64,000 nucleotides of DNA from Blastocladiella emersonii ATCC 22665 (lineage: Eukaryota; Fungi; Blastocladiomycota). A model generated the notes under the pieces. It worked only from the letters and a program-made list of their open reading frames with translations. It was not told the origin of the DNA and searched no databases. A program made the position numbers and the translations under genes. The stretch covers positions 3,038,001-3,102,000 of the forward strand of contig JANHCV010000001.1 in assembly GCA_025594325.1 (NCBI GenBank), written 5' to 3'. Below are positions 11,902 to 24,078 of the stretch, piece by piece (the first letter of the stretch is position 1; the number at the start of each line of letters is the position of its first letter).

Positions 11902-13499
11902 CTTCGTCGCGCAGCGGCTCGATCATTTCGGACGGCCCTGGCTCTTCGCGCAGCGGGTCGGTCATTTCGGGCGATGCTGTTTCGTCGCGCAGCGGTTCCA
12001 TCGTCTCGGACGGCCGTGGCTCATCTCGCAGCGGCTCGGTCATTTCGGGCGACGACGAGCTCGAGCCGCCGCGCTCGGGCGAGGAGTACAGCAGCGACTA
12101 CTCGGACGAGGACGACGCGGCGCCCACCGCCGCGCAGCACGCGGTGCCCAGTGGGCAGTACCTCCGCGCCGGCGACCAGCTCCGCTCCACCACGCAGCAG
12201 CGGCAGCCACCCGCTTCCGCTTCCACCGCCGCCGCCATGTCGCAGATCCCGCGGTACGGCGGGCGCCCGACGATGCTCCGCGCGCGGCCCGACGTGGTCG
12301 ACGTGTCGGATTCCGACGAGGAAGGCGACTACGACGACGATGAAGACGACGCGTCGCTCCCGCCACCGCCGCCCGCGCCCGCTGCGTACCGCTCGCCGCC
12401 CGTGGCCAAGCCGAACGAGGTTATCTCGCTGCTCAGCAGCGACGAGGACGAGGACGATGATGCGCCCGCCACGGGCCCATCCGGCGGCTCCGAGGCCGAG
12501 TACTCGGACGAGGAAGTGGAGGAGGAAGACGGCGAGCTCTCGCCTCCGCCACGCCCGGCGCCGGTCCACACCGAGCAGATTGTCCTGACCGACAGCGACG
12601 ACGAGCTGGAGCAGCAGCCGGCTCCTGGTCCCGTTGCGGGCGAGCAGGTCGACGGCGACGAGTCGGAGGAGTCGTGGTGGTCGGGCGAGGAGGAAGCCGA
12701 GGAGGAGGAGGAGGCCGAGCCCATCATGCTGCCGCCGCAACCTGTCGCGCGGCCAGCCGCGGGCAAGACGGTCCGCGCTGCGATGGTCGCCGGCAAGGCG
12801 CCGCGGTCTGCCACCGCCACGCCCGCGCTCGCGCCCATCGACGATTTCGGGTCCGAGTCCAACTACAGCCGCAGCAGCGGCGCCGAGGCCATGGAGTACG
12901 ACAGCGAGGAGGAGGAGGACGAGGAGGACGAGGACGAGGAGGACGAGGACGAGGAGGACGAGATCGAGGAGGACGAGATCGACGACGATGCGGCCAGCGA
13001 CATGTCCACCGACACGGTCCTCGCGCCGCCGTCCCCCGCGGCCGCTGCCGTCGCGACCACCCCGAAACCACGCGCCGCGTCGCCGCCGCCGCAGTCCGCG
13101 TCGCCCAAGTGGATCCCGCCATGGACGCAGCCCGGGTACTCGCCGACGCGCGGGACCAAGCGGCGCCGGCTGCTGTTCGCGTCGGGCGTCGACGTGGACG
13201 CGTGGTCTGCGGCATCGCCCTCCGCCGCCGCGGCTCCCGCACCAATGGCCGCGACGCTCACGGGGTCCGGGTTCGGGTTCGGCTCGATCATGCCCGCTGC
13301 CGCTGTCGAGGAGGCGACGGAGGCCGAGTCGCTCGTGCCGGCCGGGACGAAGCGCAGCGCGGCCGAGGCCGGGCTCGACGACCAGCAGGACGGCGAAGGC
13401 GGCGAGCAGGCCGAGGGCGAGCAGCCGTCGTTCCTGGGCTTGCTGTTCCGCAAGCTCGTTTCGGCACTGCGGCCACGCGCGCGACGCGGGCTGATCTGA
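8683..13499 (+). CDS. Large (about 1580 aa) intrinsically disordered protein: basic/SP-rich N-half, acidic C-half with SIM-like motifs
   Basis: Exon 1 8683-8877, phase-0 intron 8878-8948, exon 2 8949-13499 in the frame of the 1522-aa ORF; low complexity, no folded domain recognised. Confidence 0.8.
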
Positions 13500-13954
13500 C
13501 GACGGGTCTCCTCAATGAATATGATACACTTGATTTGAATGAACCAAATGGGGATGGCAGTCAGGATCAATCAAATTTGAGTCTTGTGTGTGTGTGCGGT
13601 ATCAAAAACAGGTCACGGATACGAAAAAGGACAAGGGAGGGAGGGGAGAGCAGAGGGAGAAAACGGATGGATGAGCGGAGACGCAAAACAAAAGGGAGGT
13701 CGAGGATGGTCGGCCGATGGCCATCGTCGTCAAGAACAAGGCGGCGGCCACGGCCGGGCGACGACGACGGCGGCGGCGGACACGAGGGACGAGGAAGGCG
13801 GGGAGGGGAGGGAGCAGGTCCGCGTGTGCAAAATTGAGAGAGGGAGGAGGAGCAACAGAGAACAGGGGCCGAGAAAATGGAGGGCAAGGAAGGGGATGGG
13901 ATGATGGAGACACGGGGAAAAATGGGGGAGGGGAGGGAGGATCGATGCGGTTTA

Positions 13955-16900
13955 TCAGTAGTGGCCGGCGCCGGCACCGCCGCGGTACTCGTACGTGCCG
14001 ACGGCGGCCGCGTACGGCGTCGCCGCGGGGCCGGGAACCGCCGACGAGGTCACGGGCACGGCAGACGACGACGACAGGGGCGCTGGCGGGGCGCGCGGCG
14101 ATGTCGCCGAGTGGTGGTGGTGGTGGTGGTGGTGCGACGCGTAGCCCATGGCGGCGACGCTCTTGGGCGTCGTGGCGTACGCAGCGGTACCGTAGCCGGT
14201 CGGGCCCATGACCTGCTGCTGCGACACGGGTGGCGCGCCGCTGCCGTTGTTGCTGCTGGTACTGCTGCGCGGCTTGAACGGCGGCGACGTCAGGCTGAGC
14301 GTGGACGCGGCACCGCCGCCCATGGCCGCCGCGGCCATACCTCCCCCACCGCCGCTCGTGGAGCCGGACGTGGACGCGCGACCGACGGCCTGCGGCTGGT
14401 GGAGGTTGAAGGCCGCGCCGCCGGCGCCGCCAAAGTCGTAGAACCGGTTCCCGAGCGCCGACGCGGCCGCGCGGTCGCCGTGCTTGTTGCCGACGCTCGC
14501 GCTCGGGCGGTCGAGCGGCAGGTGCGTGGCGGAGTCGAGCGGCGACGCAGGCTCGGCGGGGATCGCGTGGTGGCCGCCGGGCGTGGAGACGCGGAGCGTG
14601 GCCGACGACATGGACGGGCGCTGCGGCTGGTGCGGCTGCTGCTGCTGGACGTCGAGGTGGTGGTGGTGGTACTGCTCGACGGGACCGTAGCCCGCATTCG
14701 CCTGCTCGTACGCCATGTCGCGTTGCTGCGAGTTACCGCCGCCGCCGTACGAGGCATCCACGTCGTAGTCGTCGTGGTGGTGCTGGTGGTACCCAGTCGC
14801 GGGCGCGGCGGTCCCGTACGTGTAGTTGCCCGTGGTCGGGTTGTACTCGAATGACTGCTGCGGGCGCGACTGCGGCTGCGGCTGCGACTGCTGGATCTGC
14901 GCCTGCTGAAGCTGCGCCTGCTGCACCTGCGAGTAGATGCCCTGGTGCGGGCGGCCCGCCGGCACGTCGTACTGGCGCATCTGGGGCTGGTGCTGCTGCT
15001 GCTGCTGCTGCGAGTACTGCTGCTGGTGCATGGCGTACTGGTCCTGCTGCGGCACGTCCGGGTACGCGGGCTGGCGGTGGTGCACGTCGTGGTACTGCTG
15101 CTGCGGCTGCTGCTGCTGGTAGCGGAAATCATGGTGCTGCTGCTGGTGGACCTGGCGCAGCTGCGCGGCGAGCTGCTGCTGCTGCGTCTGCTGCTGCATC
15201 GACTGGTGGAAGTGGTGCGGCTGCTGGGTGTGCTGCTGCATGTGCTGGTGGGCAAAGACACCGCCGGGCGGCGCGGGCGACGCGGAGCCGCCACCGCCGC
15301 CGCCGTGGTACGCAGCGGGCCGCGGGATGCGGTTGTTGGGCGGCGGGAACGGCTCCTCCTCGCCGCGGAGCGGGCCGTTGCTGAAGAAGATCTTGGGGCG
15401 GTACGACGGGTGCTCGTCCATGACCGACGAGTTGCGAAACTTGTCGATGAGGGCCTGCTTGCCCTGGATGTTGGCGTACGAGAGCATGCACACCTTGTCC
15501 GAGTTGAACCGCGTCCACTTCTTGCCGACGACGCGCTGCGCAAACGAGATGACGGCGCCCACGTCCACCATGTTGCAGAACGCGTACCCGACGTTGCACC
15601 GGTTCTTGAAGTCCATGCGCAGGTACAGGAAATCGTACTGGCCCTTGTGCGTGTCGTTGATGAAGTCGATGAGCATCTGCTGCGAGTACTTGTTGGGTAT
15701 GTTGCGGATCATGATGGTCGTGCGCTTGTCGTAGCCCTGGATCGTGCGCGCGAGGTCGAACTCGTTCTCGCGCGGGATCAGGTCGACCTTGGGCAGCCCC
15801 GAGTTGGACCGCAGGCACGTCGAGAACCCGACGCCGTTGGTCGCGCCGACCGAGCCCACGCTGCCGAGGCTGCCCGTGCTGGAGCCGAGCCCGTTCGCCA
15901 CGTTCGCGAGCGTCTGCTGCTGCTGCTGCTGCTGCGCCGACGACGGCTTGGAGCCGAGCCCCGACGCCGAGCTCGAGCGCCCGTTGCGCGATGCTGCCGC
16001 GACAGCGGCCGCGGCAGCTGCGAGCCCGCCCGCACTCCGCTGGATGGACGCGGGGACGACGGGGTACGCGGGACTGCCGCCGCTCCCGCGGCCGGCGCCG
16101 TGGCCCGTGGCGAACGAGTCGTGGGCGTCGATGGTTTCCAGGCCCAGGGCGAGATGGCCCATGGCCTCGTCGAGCGCGTACATGTCGTCGTAGCGCGCGG
16201 CGTTGCTGCCGTTACCGCTACCGCCGAGATACTCGCTGCCGTTGCTGCTGCTGCTGCTGCCGCCGAGCGCCGCCGACTGGTGCTGCTGATTGAGCGGGTG
16301 GCCGTAGTCGGACATGCGGCGCGCGAGCGCGGCCGTGCCGGGCTGCGGCATCCAGTCGGCGGGGTGCTGCTGCTGCTGCAGGTCCTGGCGGTGCAGCGGT
16401 TGAGGGTATGGGGCGGCAGCGAGGCCGCGGATCGAGGCGGCGGAGTTGGCGTTGGCGGTTGCCACCGAGGCCGACGGACCCGTGTGCGAGTTCTGCTCGC
16501 GCGAAATGGACTGCAGGAGGCTCGTGTCGAGGAGCTGCGACGCGGCCATACCCGCCGCGGGAGGTGCCGAGCCCGATGGCTCGCGGTAGCTCTGCTGCTG
16601 CTGCTGGTACGACGGCTGCTGTGGGGCCGCCGCTCGGTTCATGTCGGCGCGGATCACGGCGCCGTACATGGACTTGACGACGTCCACGAGAGCCGTGAGC
16701 GCGAGCTCGGCGTGGCGCACGTCGTAGAACTGGACGAAGGCGACGTTGCCGGGACCCGCACGCGGAATGCGGACGAGGCGGGCGTCGCCGCACATGCCGA
16801 GCACGCTCTTGAGGGCGAGCAGGTCCATGCTGAGCGGCAGCTCGCTGGCGACGACCTCGTCGCACAGGGACTGCTCAGGGGCATCGGCGAGCTGCAGGCA

Positions 16901-18485
16901 GGAACGAATAACGAGTGAGACACACGCCCATGGTGCTCGTGAGACAGCAAGGAGACCGTACCTTGGCGTAGTCGGCGGGCGTGATGAAGTGGGCCTCGAG
17001 CACGACCTCGCCGCCGCGGGCGCCGGCGGCCTGCTGGGTGACCTGGTGGACTAGGTGCGACGCGGCGCGCAGGTCGAAGAAGCTGGCGAGGGCGATGCCG
17101 TGGGTCGGCAGGAGCCGGGTCGAGAACTGGTGCAGCTCGCCGTACTTCTACAGGATGCGTGCGCGAGGGCGGATCAGGCACGGTCCGAACCGATCAGAGA
17201 GTGGAAGCCGTACCGAGAAGAGCTCATGGAGCTCGTGCGCCGCGACCGACTTGTTGAACCCGACGACGCGGACGTGGCGCGTAGCGTCGGGCAGGACGGG
17301 GTCCGCGTCGGCGACCACGAACACGTCAGCGTCGTGCGCCGTGACCGGCTTGGTGGCGCTGGACGCGGGCGAGGCGGCGACGGGCGGCAGACTCGCGGGC
17401 GCGGGGCTGCTCAGCGCCAGCTTGCCGAACGAGTCCCAGGTGGCGTCGAGGGGATCGAGCTGGGCGGCCCGCGACACGTCGGCGCTCGAGGCCGAGGCGG
17501 CGTTGTACTGTGACGCGTGAACCTGCTGCTGGTGGAGCGGGTGCGGGTGCGGGTGCGGTTGCTGCTGGGACTGGGGCTGCGGGCCATCGCGCTTGGTGGG
17601 GCTGATGGGCCCAAAGTCCGAGTAGCGGCGCTGGAACGTCAGCGGGCCGGGCACGTCGGCAGCGGCGGCCGAGTGGGCGGCGGCGACGAGGAGGTTCGGA
17701 TGGCGCTGCTGAGACGGCGGCTGCTGGGCGAGCGGGTACTGCTGCGCGGCGGCGACGTCGATGCCGAGCCGCAGCTCGCGAGCGGGCACGGGCGCAGCCG
17801 TCGATGCGGGGGAGCCATGGTCGACGCGGGTCGGGCTCGCGGTGGCGGCGTAGGTGGTGTCGGGGAAGTAGCCCGAGTCGCCGGCGCGGATCTGGCGCGA
17901 CGGGGTGGCGCTGAGGTGCAGCGAGGCGATGCGGCCGGTCAACGACGGGGTGCGGTTGCGGGTCGGGTCCGACGTCGTCGGTGTTACCGAGGCGGCAGAC
18001 GAATCGGCAGGAGTGGCGGTGGCGCAGCGCGACGACGACGAGGGGGTCGCGGGGTGCGGGATGGAGCGGTCGGGTGACTGCTGCAGGGCACACGTGCCCG
18101 ACGCGGGGGCGGGACGCGTCGCGTCGGTCGCGGCGGCACCGCTGGCCGGCGTCGACTTGACGGGCGAGCGCGGGGACGCCGGTGCGGGTGCAGGTGCGGG
18201 CGCTGCAGCCCTTGTTGGCGACGACGCGCTCGAGCTCATGGTGGCGGCGTGAGCGAGTGGTGGCGCGGCCAGAGCGGTCGCTGCGGGCCGGCTGTCGATG
18301 AGCGGTCTGGAGCAGGGATCGGAGGCCATGAGTGAGCGGATGTTCGACTGCAGGCGATGGAGGACCGCGCGCGGCGAGGTCGGCGGCAAGGGCAGGGACG
18401 GGGCGGCGGCAGGCGAGGCTGAGGCCGGTGATGGCCGCGATGATGCGGCGCACGCGGCCAGCGGGCCGAGATCGAGCGAGTCCAT
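13955..18485 (-). CDS. mei2: Mei2-like RNA-binding protein (three RRMs including the C-terminal Mei2-type RRM3)
   Basis: Exons 18485-17214, 17147-16962 and 16891-13955. RRM1 RHVRVVGFNKSVAAHELHELFSKYGEL...; RRM2 ...VAFVQFYDVRHAELAL; RRM3 DKRTTIMIRNIPNKYSQQMLIDFINDTHKGQYDFLYLRMDFKNRCNVGYAF...WTRFNSDKVCMLSYANIQGK. Confidence 0.92.
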
Positions 18486-20945
18486 GGGGCGCACAGCGGG
18501 GATGCTTGCGCGCGCGGTCAATCGGGGAGCCGCGTTGCGCGGGGCCGGGGTGGACACGCGCGGGAGGAGGGAGAGAAGCGGAGCTAAAGAGTACCCAAGA
18601 GAGCGAGGCGCGCACAGGATCGGCGGTGGGAGCCGAGTCGAGCGGGTGGGCGGGAGAGCTGTCAGCGATGAAGGCGGTCGTGAACGAGCGAGGTGCTGCG
18701 GTGACGACGACGACGGCGACAGCGAGATGTAGGCCGCGAACGGACGGCGAGGGGAGGGCGATTGGGATGCGATGGGAGCGACTTGGCGCGAGCACACGCG
18801 CGCCGGGATGGGATGGGAGGTCAAAAGGGGCGCGGCGCGATCAAAATGGGACGGGCGGTCTTGGTCCCGGCAGCGCCACGAGATGAGGCGGGTCGTCGAC
18901 TATGCGCGGAGCGGTGCGCAGAGGGGAGAGGGAGGGATAGCGAGTGGGAAGTGCGAGCGCGGGCTCGAGCAGCGCAGTCACGTCACTTGGCCGGCGCGTG
19001 GGCGCGTGAGCGCGAGCGTGGGGGACGGGTGTGCGCGCGGGAGACGGTGGTGGCGGAGCGGATCCCGGCGGGTCGTGGGACGCGCGGCACGGCACACGGG
19101 ACGCGAAGCAGCGCGCGCGAGACGGCGCAGTCGGGTCCGAACAAGGGAGGAGCGGGCGCCGATCGATTGCCGAGCCGTGGATGGTCGGCGGCCGGCGCGT
19201 CGAGATCGCGACTTTGGTCCGGAGCGCGGGCGAGTGGGGGGAGAGGAGAGCGAGCGGGTGGGGGAGGGGAGGGCGTGGCCGTCGATCCCGAGCAGATGGT
19301 GCCGATGGTGGCCGCCAACTGGTCGGTGCTGCACACCACGTGGAGGGAGCGGAGGGTGGCGGAGCGAGCGAGCGGGCGGTCGCGAGACAGAGCAGGGCAG
19401 GGCAAGTTGGAGGGTGGGAGGGGAGGGAGAGTAGGAGCTGGTTGCGGTCGGCAGGCAGCGGAGAAGCCAGGCATTCGACGCGACGGGACGCGATGCGCCA
19501 CCGCGTGGGACACGGTTGCCGAGATTGCGATTCGAGAGTGGCTGCTGCCGCCGCGGGACAGGGACGGGGTCGGCGGAGGGGGATCCCGCTCGCGCGTGCG
19601 GGGTTGGAGGGTGGGATGCGATGGGAGGCCACGGGCCGGCCCGCGCGGTTCTTGTTGCGCAGCCCCGGTGGGAACGCTGTCTCCCTCCCGCGCGCACAAA
19701 GGGTGGCACGGCCGGCTGAGCCATGCTGAGCCATCCAGAGCTCCATTCGGGCCGCGGACGGCCGTCGCCCCGCTCGAGACTTGTTGCAGATCAGGGGACC
19801 CGACAGCCGACGCTGGCCGCTCCACCCACTGGCCCTCGACCATGGCCCGCCGAGAACGGCCGCGCAATGGCCGCCCTGCCGCGCCCGCCAGACGAGACTC
19901 GCGTTCCAAAGCCGATGCGCACAGTTGCGGGATAAGGGGGAAGAGGGGGAGGGAGGGGAGGAGGGTAGAGTCCGTCGTGGCTCATGGTCGCCGTCGTCGT
20001 CGTCGTCGAGAGCTCTCACCGCCGGTCACCCCGGCGGCGAGGAGCACAAGTGATCAAAGAACATACCGAGAGCTTAGCCACTACGTCAAGAAACCGGTCT
20101 CGGATTGCCGGTGCTGCGGGTGGTGATCCGCACAAGTCGGTGCCGAGCCGCGCGAGGTGGTGAGCTAGCACGGGTCGGTCGGGTCCCTGGTCGCGAACAC
20201 TCGGAGATCGAGGGCCCGACAATGATGACCACTGCCGTGATCCGGCTCGAGGAAGGCCGAGCGACTGTGCTTGCCGGCCGTGCTGCAGCAGACCGGGAGG
20301 TACGCGGTCGACGTCGCGCAGAGGCGGCTCGAGCTGCGGGCACGCACGTAGTCGGTGGTCGTGACCCTCGGCGGTCGGTTGCAGCAAGTCCCGGCGGTGG
20401 GCCGACGATCCTGGAGCGAGTAGGTCGGTATCAGGACCGCGGTCGGGGTCTGATGAGGAAGAGGGTCGGTCGTTGTCGTCAAGCCCAGCGGAGCCGTTAG
20501 AGAGGTAAGAAGGTTGTGCGAGGGACGGCGGTCGGATCAAGCGGGCCACTCGTCGTCGTAGCTGAGGTTCGAGAGTCGTTGGCGTTGGTGTCGGTGAGCT
20601 GAACGAGGTCGGTCGGTGGAGGAGGTGGACAACGGACGAGTTGCTGGCAGCGCTCGCCGACCGTAGCCCTCACATGCTCTCTTCATTTAACCGTGACCTT
20701 GGTCACAAACGACACGCGAGGGCACGGCTGACCACCGTGGTCGCCAGACTCAGCCTCTCTTTCTCCGTCTGGCGAGCGACGATCAAGCCCCGGCGACTCG
20801 AGCGAGTTCGACTTCCGCAGTGATTTCATCACGGCCTTCGATTCATTTCGGGACAGGAACACGAGTTGCGCGCGCTTCGAGTCCGCGCCTCGATGAGGGC
20901 TGTACAAGAACTATGTAGTATCAGTTTTACGAGCGCGAGATCACC

Positions 20946-22734
20946 TTACAAGTCGAACAGCGACCCGAACGAGCCGTCGGCGGGGAACAGCGTTGGTGCA
21001 ATGTTGTCGCTGAGCGCCGGCGCCTTCTTGAGAACGGGGACGTGCACCGTCTCGAACAGCTACGCGGGCAACGATGCAAGCAAGTGTAAGCGAACCGGAT
21101 CAACCCGACCATCACGACCGAAAGATCACGTACGTTCCCGTAGGTGTAGTCGAGGAAGTCCTCGAGCTCGTACCCGGGCTTGGAGAGCTTCTGGGTGAAG
21201 ATCTTGGACATGGTCGCAACGTTGGGGAAGTAGTGCTTCTGCAGCGTGACCACCTCCCACAGCGAGCTCTCGAGCGCCTTGGACTCGGCCGGGTCCTCGG
21301 CGTCCATGTCGAACGGGTCGTTGCGCAGGTCCACGTCCGTGCGGTGGATCAGCGCAAAGCACTGCGGGTGCTGCTTGATCAGGTTGTACACGAGCGGCAG
21401 CGTGATGAGCACGCCGGCCGGCGGCGCGTACAGCGCGAGCCGGGACATCTTCTTGACAAACGCCGCCACCAGGTACGCCGGGATGTGCGTCGACTGCATG
21501 AACTGGTTGAACAGGCGGAAGAAGCGCGACCGGTACTTGACGTGGAACAGGTTGCGGTCGAACAGCTGGTACAGCTTCTTGTAGAAGTCGGGGTAGTCGC
21601 TGGAGAGGTCACAGGTTCGTCAGTGCCGCGTTCGTACGGTCAGCGGAGCGACGAGACGTACAGGTTGTGCTTCACGACGAGCGTGAAGACCGAGTGCAGC
21701 GCGAGGAGACTGATGCTGCCGCCCTGGTCGTAGCTCTCGGACAGGAACGTCATGAGGAGGCGCGGGTCCGTCATGTTGGGGATGAGGCGGCTGTTGGTGA
21801 GCATGAGGACCTTCTTGTACAGGTCCTGCGTGAGCGGCAGCCGGAGGTACTGCAGCACAAAGTCGGTGAAGGCGCGCTTGTGCGCCGACGCCTGCATGAT
21901 CTGGTGGCCCGCCGGGACCAGCTCGCGGCCGACGAGGAACGACTTGAGGTCAGCGTTGGACGTCGGGAACTTGTCGAGGGCCTCGAGGAGCAGGAGGCCG
22001 TGCTCGGCGAGCCGCGCGAGATTCGATGCGTGCCCCGACTCGTCCTCGCTGTCGTCGTCCGCGTCGCGTTTCCGCTTGCCCTTGGCGGGCGCGGGCGCGG
22101 CGGCGGCAGCCGCGTCCATCTCGGTCTGGATCAGCTTGGTCAGGTTCTTGAACAGGTAGTAGCGCAGGTCGTCGTGGTCCTTGTACAGCTGCAGGTAGTC
22201 GCGCGTGTAGACGGGCGACCACTCGGCCTTGAGGAAGGTGGCGTGGACGACCTTGACAAACAGCACGTTGTCGAACACGTTGGACGCGCTTGTCTTGTTG
22301 AGCTCGCGCGACGCCTCGATGGTCACGTCGATGAGCAGCTTGCTCGCGGCGACCTGCAGCGCCGTGTCGTTGGACTCGTCGACCACCTCCATGAGGCGCT
22401 CGAGGTACGCCGCGTGGTGCTTGCGCAGCCACTTGCACAGCTCCATGGCCACGGGGTCGGCGCCCGCGAGGTGCGCCTTGTCGAGGGCGCCCGTGCTGCG
22501 GAAGTGCGCGAACAGCCGCTGCATCGAGTGGAGGGCGGCATGGATGACGCGGTGCGGGTGCTTGGCCGCGGCAAACTTGAGGACCTTGACCAGGTTGTTG
22601 ATGTTGGCCTTGGAGACGGTCACGGACCGCTCGAGGGCGCGGACCTCGTCGACGAGCGTCGTGATCTCCTCCTTGGACTTTCTCGACGCGTCGGACTTGC
22701 CGATCGGCTTTTGCGGCAGTGACGAAGGCTTCAT
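20946..22734 (-). CDS. NOC4: Nucleolar complex protein 4 / Utp19 (CBF/Mak21 family)
   Basis: Exons 22734-21662, 21599-21134 and 21059-20946; motifs NLDYPDFYKKLY, RFFRLFNQFMQSTHIPAYLVAAFVKKMSRLAL, SSLWEVVTLQKHYFPNVA. Confidence 0.9.
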
Positions 22735-23054
22735 GGTTACGGGCAGTCGTTGAGCACGCGGGCCTCGGCGATCAGGCCTCGAAACACTCGACGCTGGCGC
22801 CGGCGTGTGGACGGCGAGGCGCGACAAGAGTGCGGGCAGGCCAGCTGACATCACCTGGACCGCTGCTGTGCGCCCTTCGAGTTGTTGATCAACGTTTTTT
22901 TCCTGGCTGCGACGCTGCAAATCGCGCACGACGTAACGCAACGCAATACCACGAAGCTACCATCACCGACGCAACTCGGTGCAACGAATCGCCGTCGCCA
23001 CGCTCGCTCGCCTCGCCAACCCCCTTTGAGCAACCGACCGATACACTCGCCACC

Positions 23055-23696
23055 ATGCTGAGCCAGCTGCGCACCGTGGCCCCGCGGGTCATGCAGACGA
23101 CCCGTCGCACCTACGCCACGCCAGGCCGCAAGAGCTACACGGACCTGTTCGCCAAGGGCTGGAACTCGATCGTGAACCGCATCTCCAAGGCCGAGGCGCG
23201 CGCGCAGTCCAAGCCGGACCCGGCGTCGCCGTCCCCGCCGGCGGTGCAGCCCGCCAAGGCGACGTCGGCCGAGGCCGAGATGCGGAGGGGATCGCTCGCG
23301 GCGCAGGCGGCGGCCAAGGCCAAGGCGGCCAAGAAGGCCAAGGCGGCGCTGCCACCAGCAGTGCCCGCGTCCGAGGTGATCGCGGCGACGCTGGCCGAGG
23401 CGGGGATCCAGGAGCGCAATCTGGCCAAGATCCCGCTGTCGGACCTGTCCTTCAAGGGCAAGCTGATCGGCAACCTGGTGACCAAGAGCCGCGTGCAGTT
23501 CACGAGCGCGCAGCTCAGCAAGCTGACCACGGTCGCGCAGGTGCAGGCGGCGGCGGCGGCGCCCGTGACGCCCGTCCTGCGCCACCCGGTCGCGGCGTGG
23601 TTCCTCGAGCGCCAGGCCAAGGGCAGCCTCCCGCCCAACGTCAAGTTCGTGCCGTACACCAAGCAGACCAAGATGGAGATCCGCAAGCTGTACTAG
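23055..23696 (+). CDS. Probable mitochondrial large-subunit ribosomal protein mL50
   Basis: Mitochondrial-targeting-like N-terminus (MLSQLRTVAPRVMQTTRRTYA) and C-terminal IPLSDLSFKGKLI...LSKLTTVAQV...LPPNVKF resembling the mL50 domain. Confidence 0.65.
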   Translation: MLSQLRTVAPRVMQTTRRTYATPGRKSYTDLFAKGWNSIVNRISKAEARAQSKPDPASPSPPAVQPAKATSAEAEMRRGSLAAQAAAKAKAAKKAKAALPPAVPASEVIAATLAEAGIQERNLAKIPLSDLSFKGKLIGNLVTKSRVQFTSAQLSKLTTVAQVQAAAAAPVTPVLRHPVAAWFLERQAKGSLPPNVKFVPYTKQTKMEIRKLY

Positions 23697-24078
23697 TGTT
23701 GCTGCGGACCCCCGCTCTCCCTGCCTCCCGTTTGACTGTCTTTGCCGTTTGAATACATATTTGACCCCACCCACCGCCTTTCGATGGTTGCTAGTCGCGC
23801 GAGACGGGCGTGGTCCGTCGGGCCGATGCTATGGCGGTCCACATGTGACAAAAGGGTAAAACATTCCCGTTTCCTTCGCGCTTCGACTTTTGTCTCGCTG
23901 AAACTTCGCGGAATCTTCCCGCGAGCAGGGAACCCTTTCCGCAAGCCTTCCGTGGCGCCACATCGGAACGGGCCGGAGAGAGCCGGGTCATGTGAGGCGA
24001 CGCCACAGCTCCATCTCAGCGTCGCCGCTGCCTCGCTGTCCCTCTCCCTTTCCCCGATCCACATGAAGCGCATGCACC

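Noticed and set aside
1545-16620. Many (CAG)n/(CTG)n runs as possible repeat arrays
   Set aside because: All are in-frame polyglutamine tracts within the GATA and Mei2 coding sequences.
18762-20549. Cluster of 200-450-aa ORFs upstream of mei2
   Set aside because: No codon bias or recognisable motifs; purine-rich simple-sequence content; treated as non-coding.
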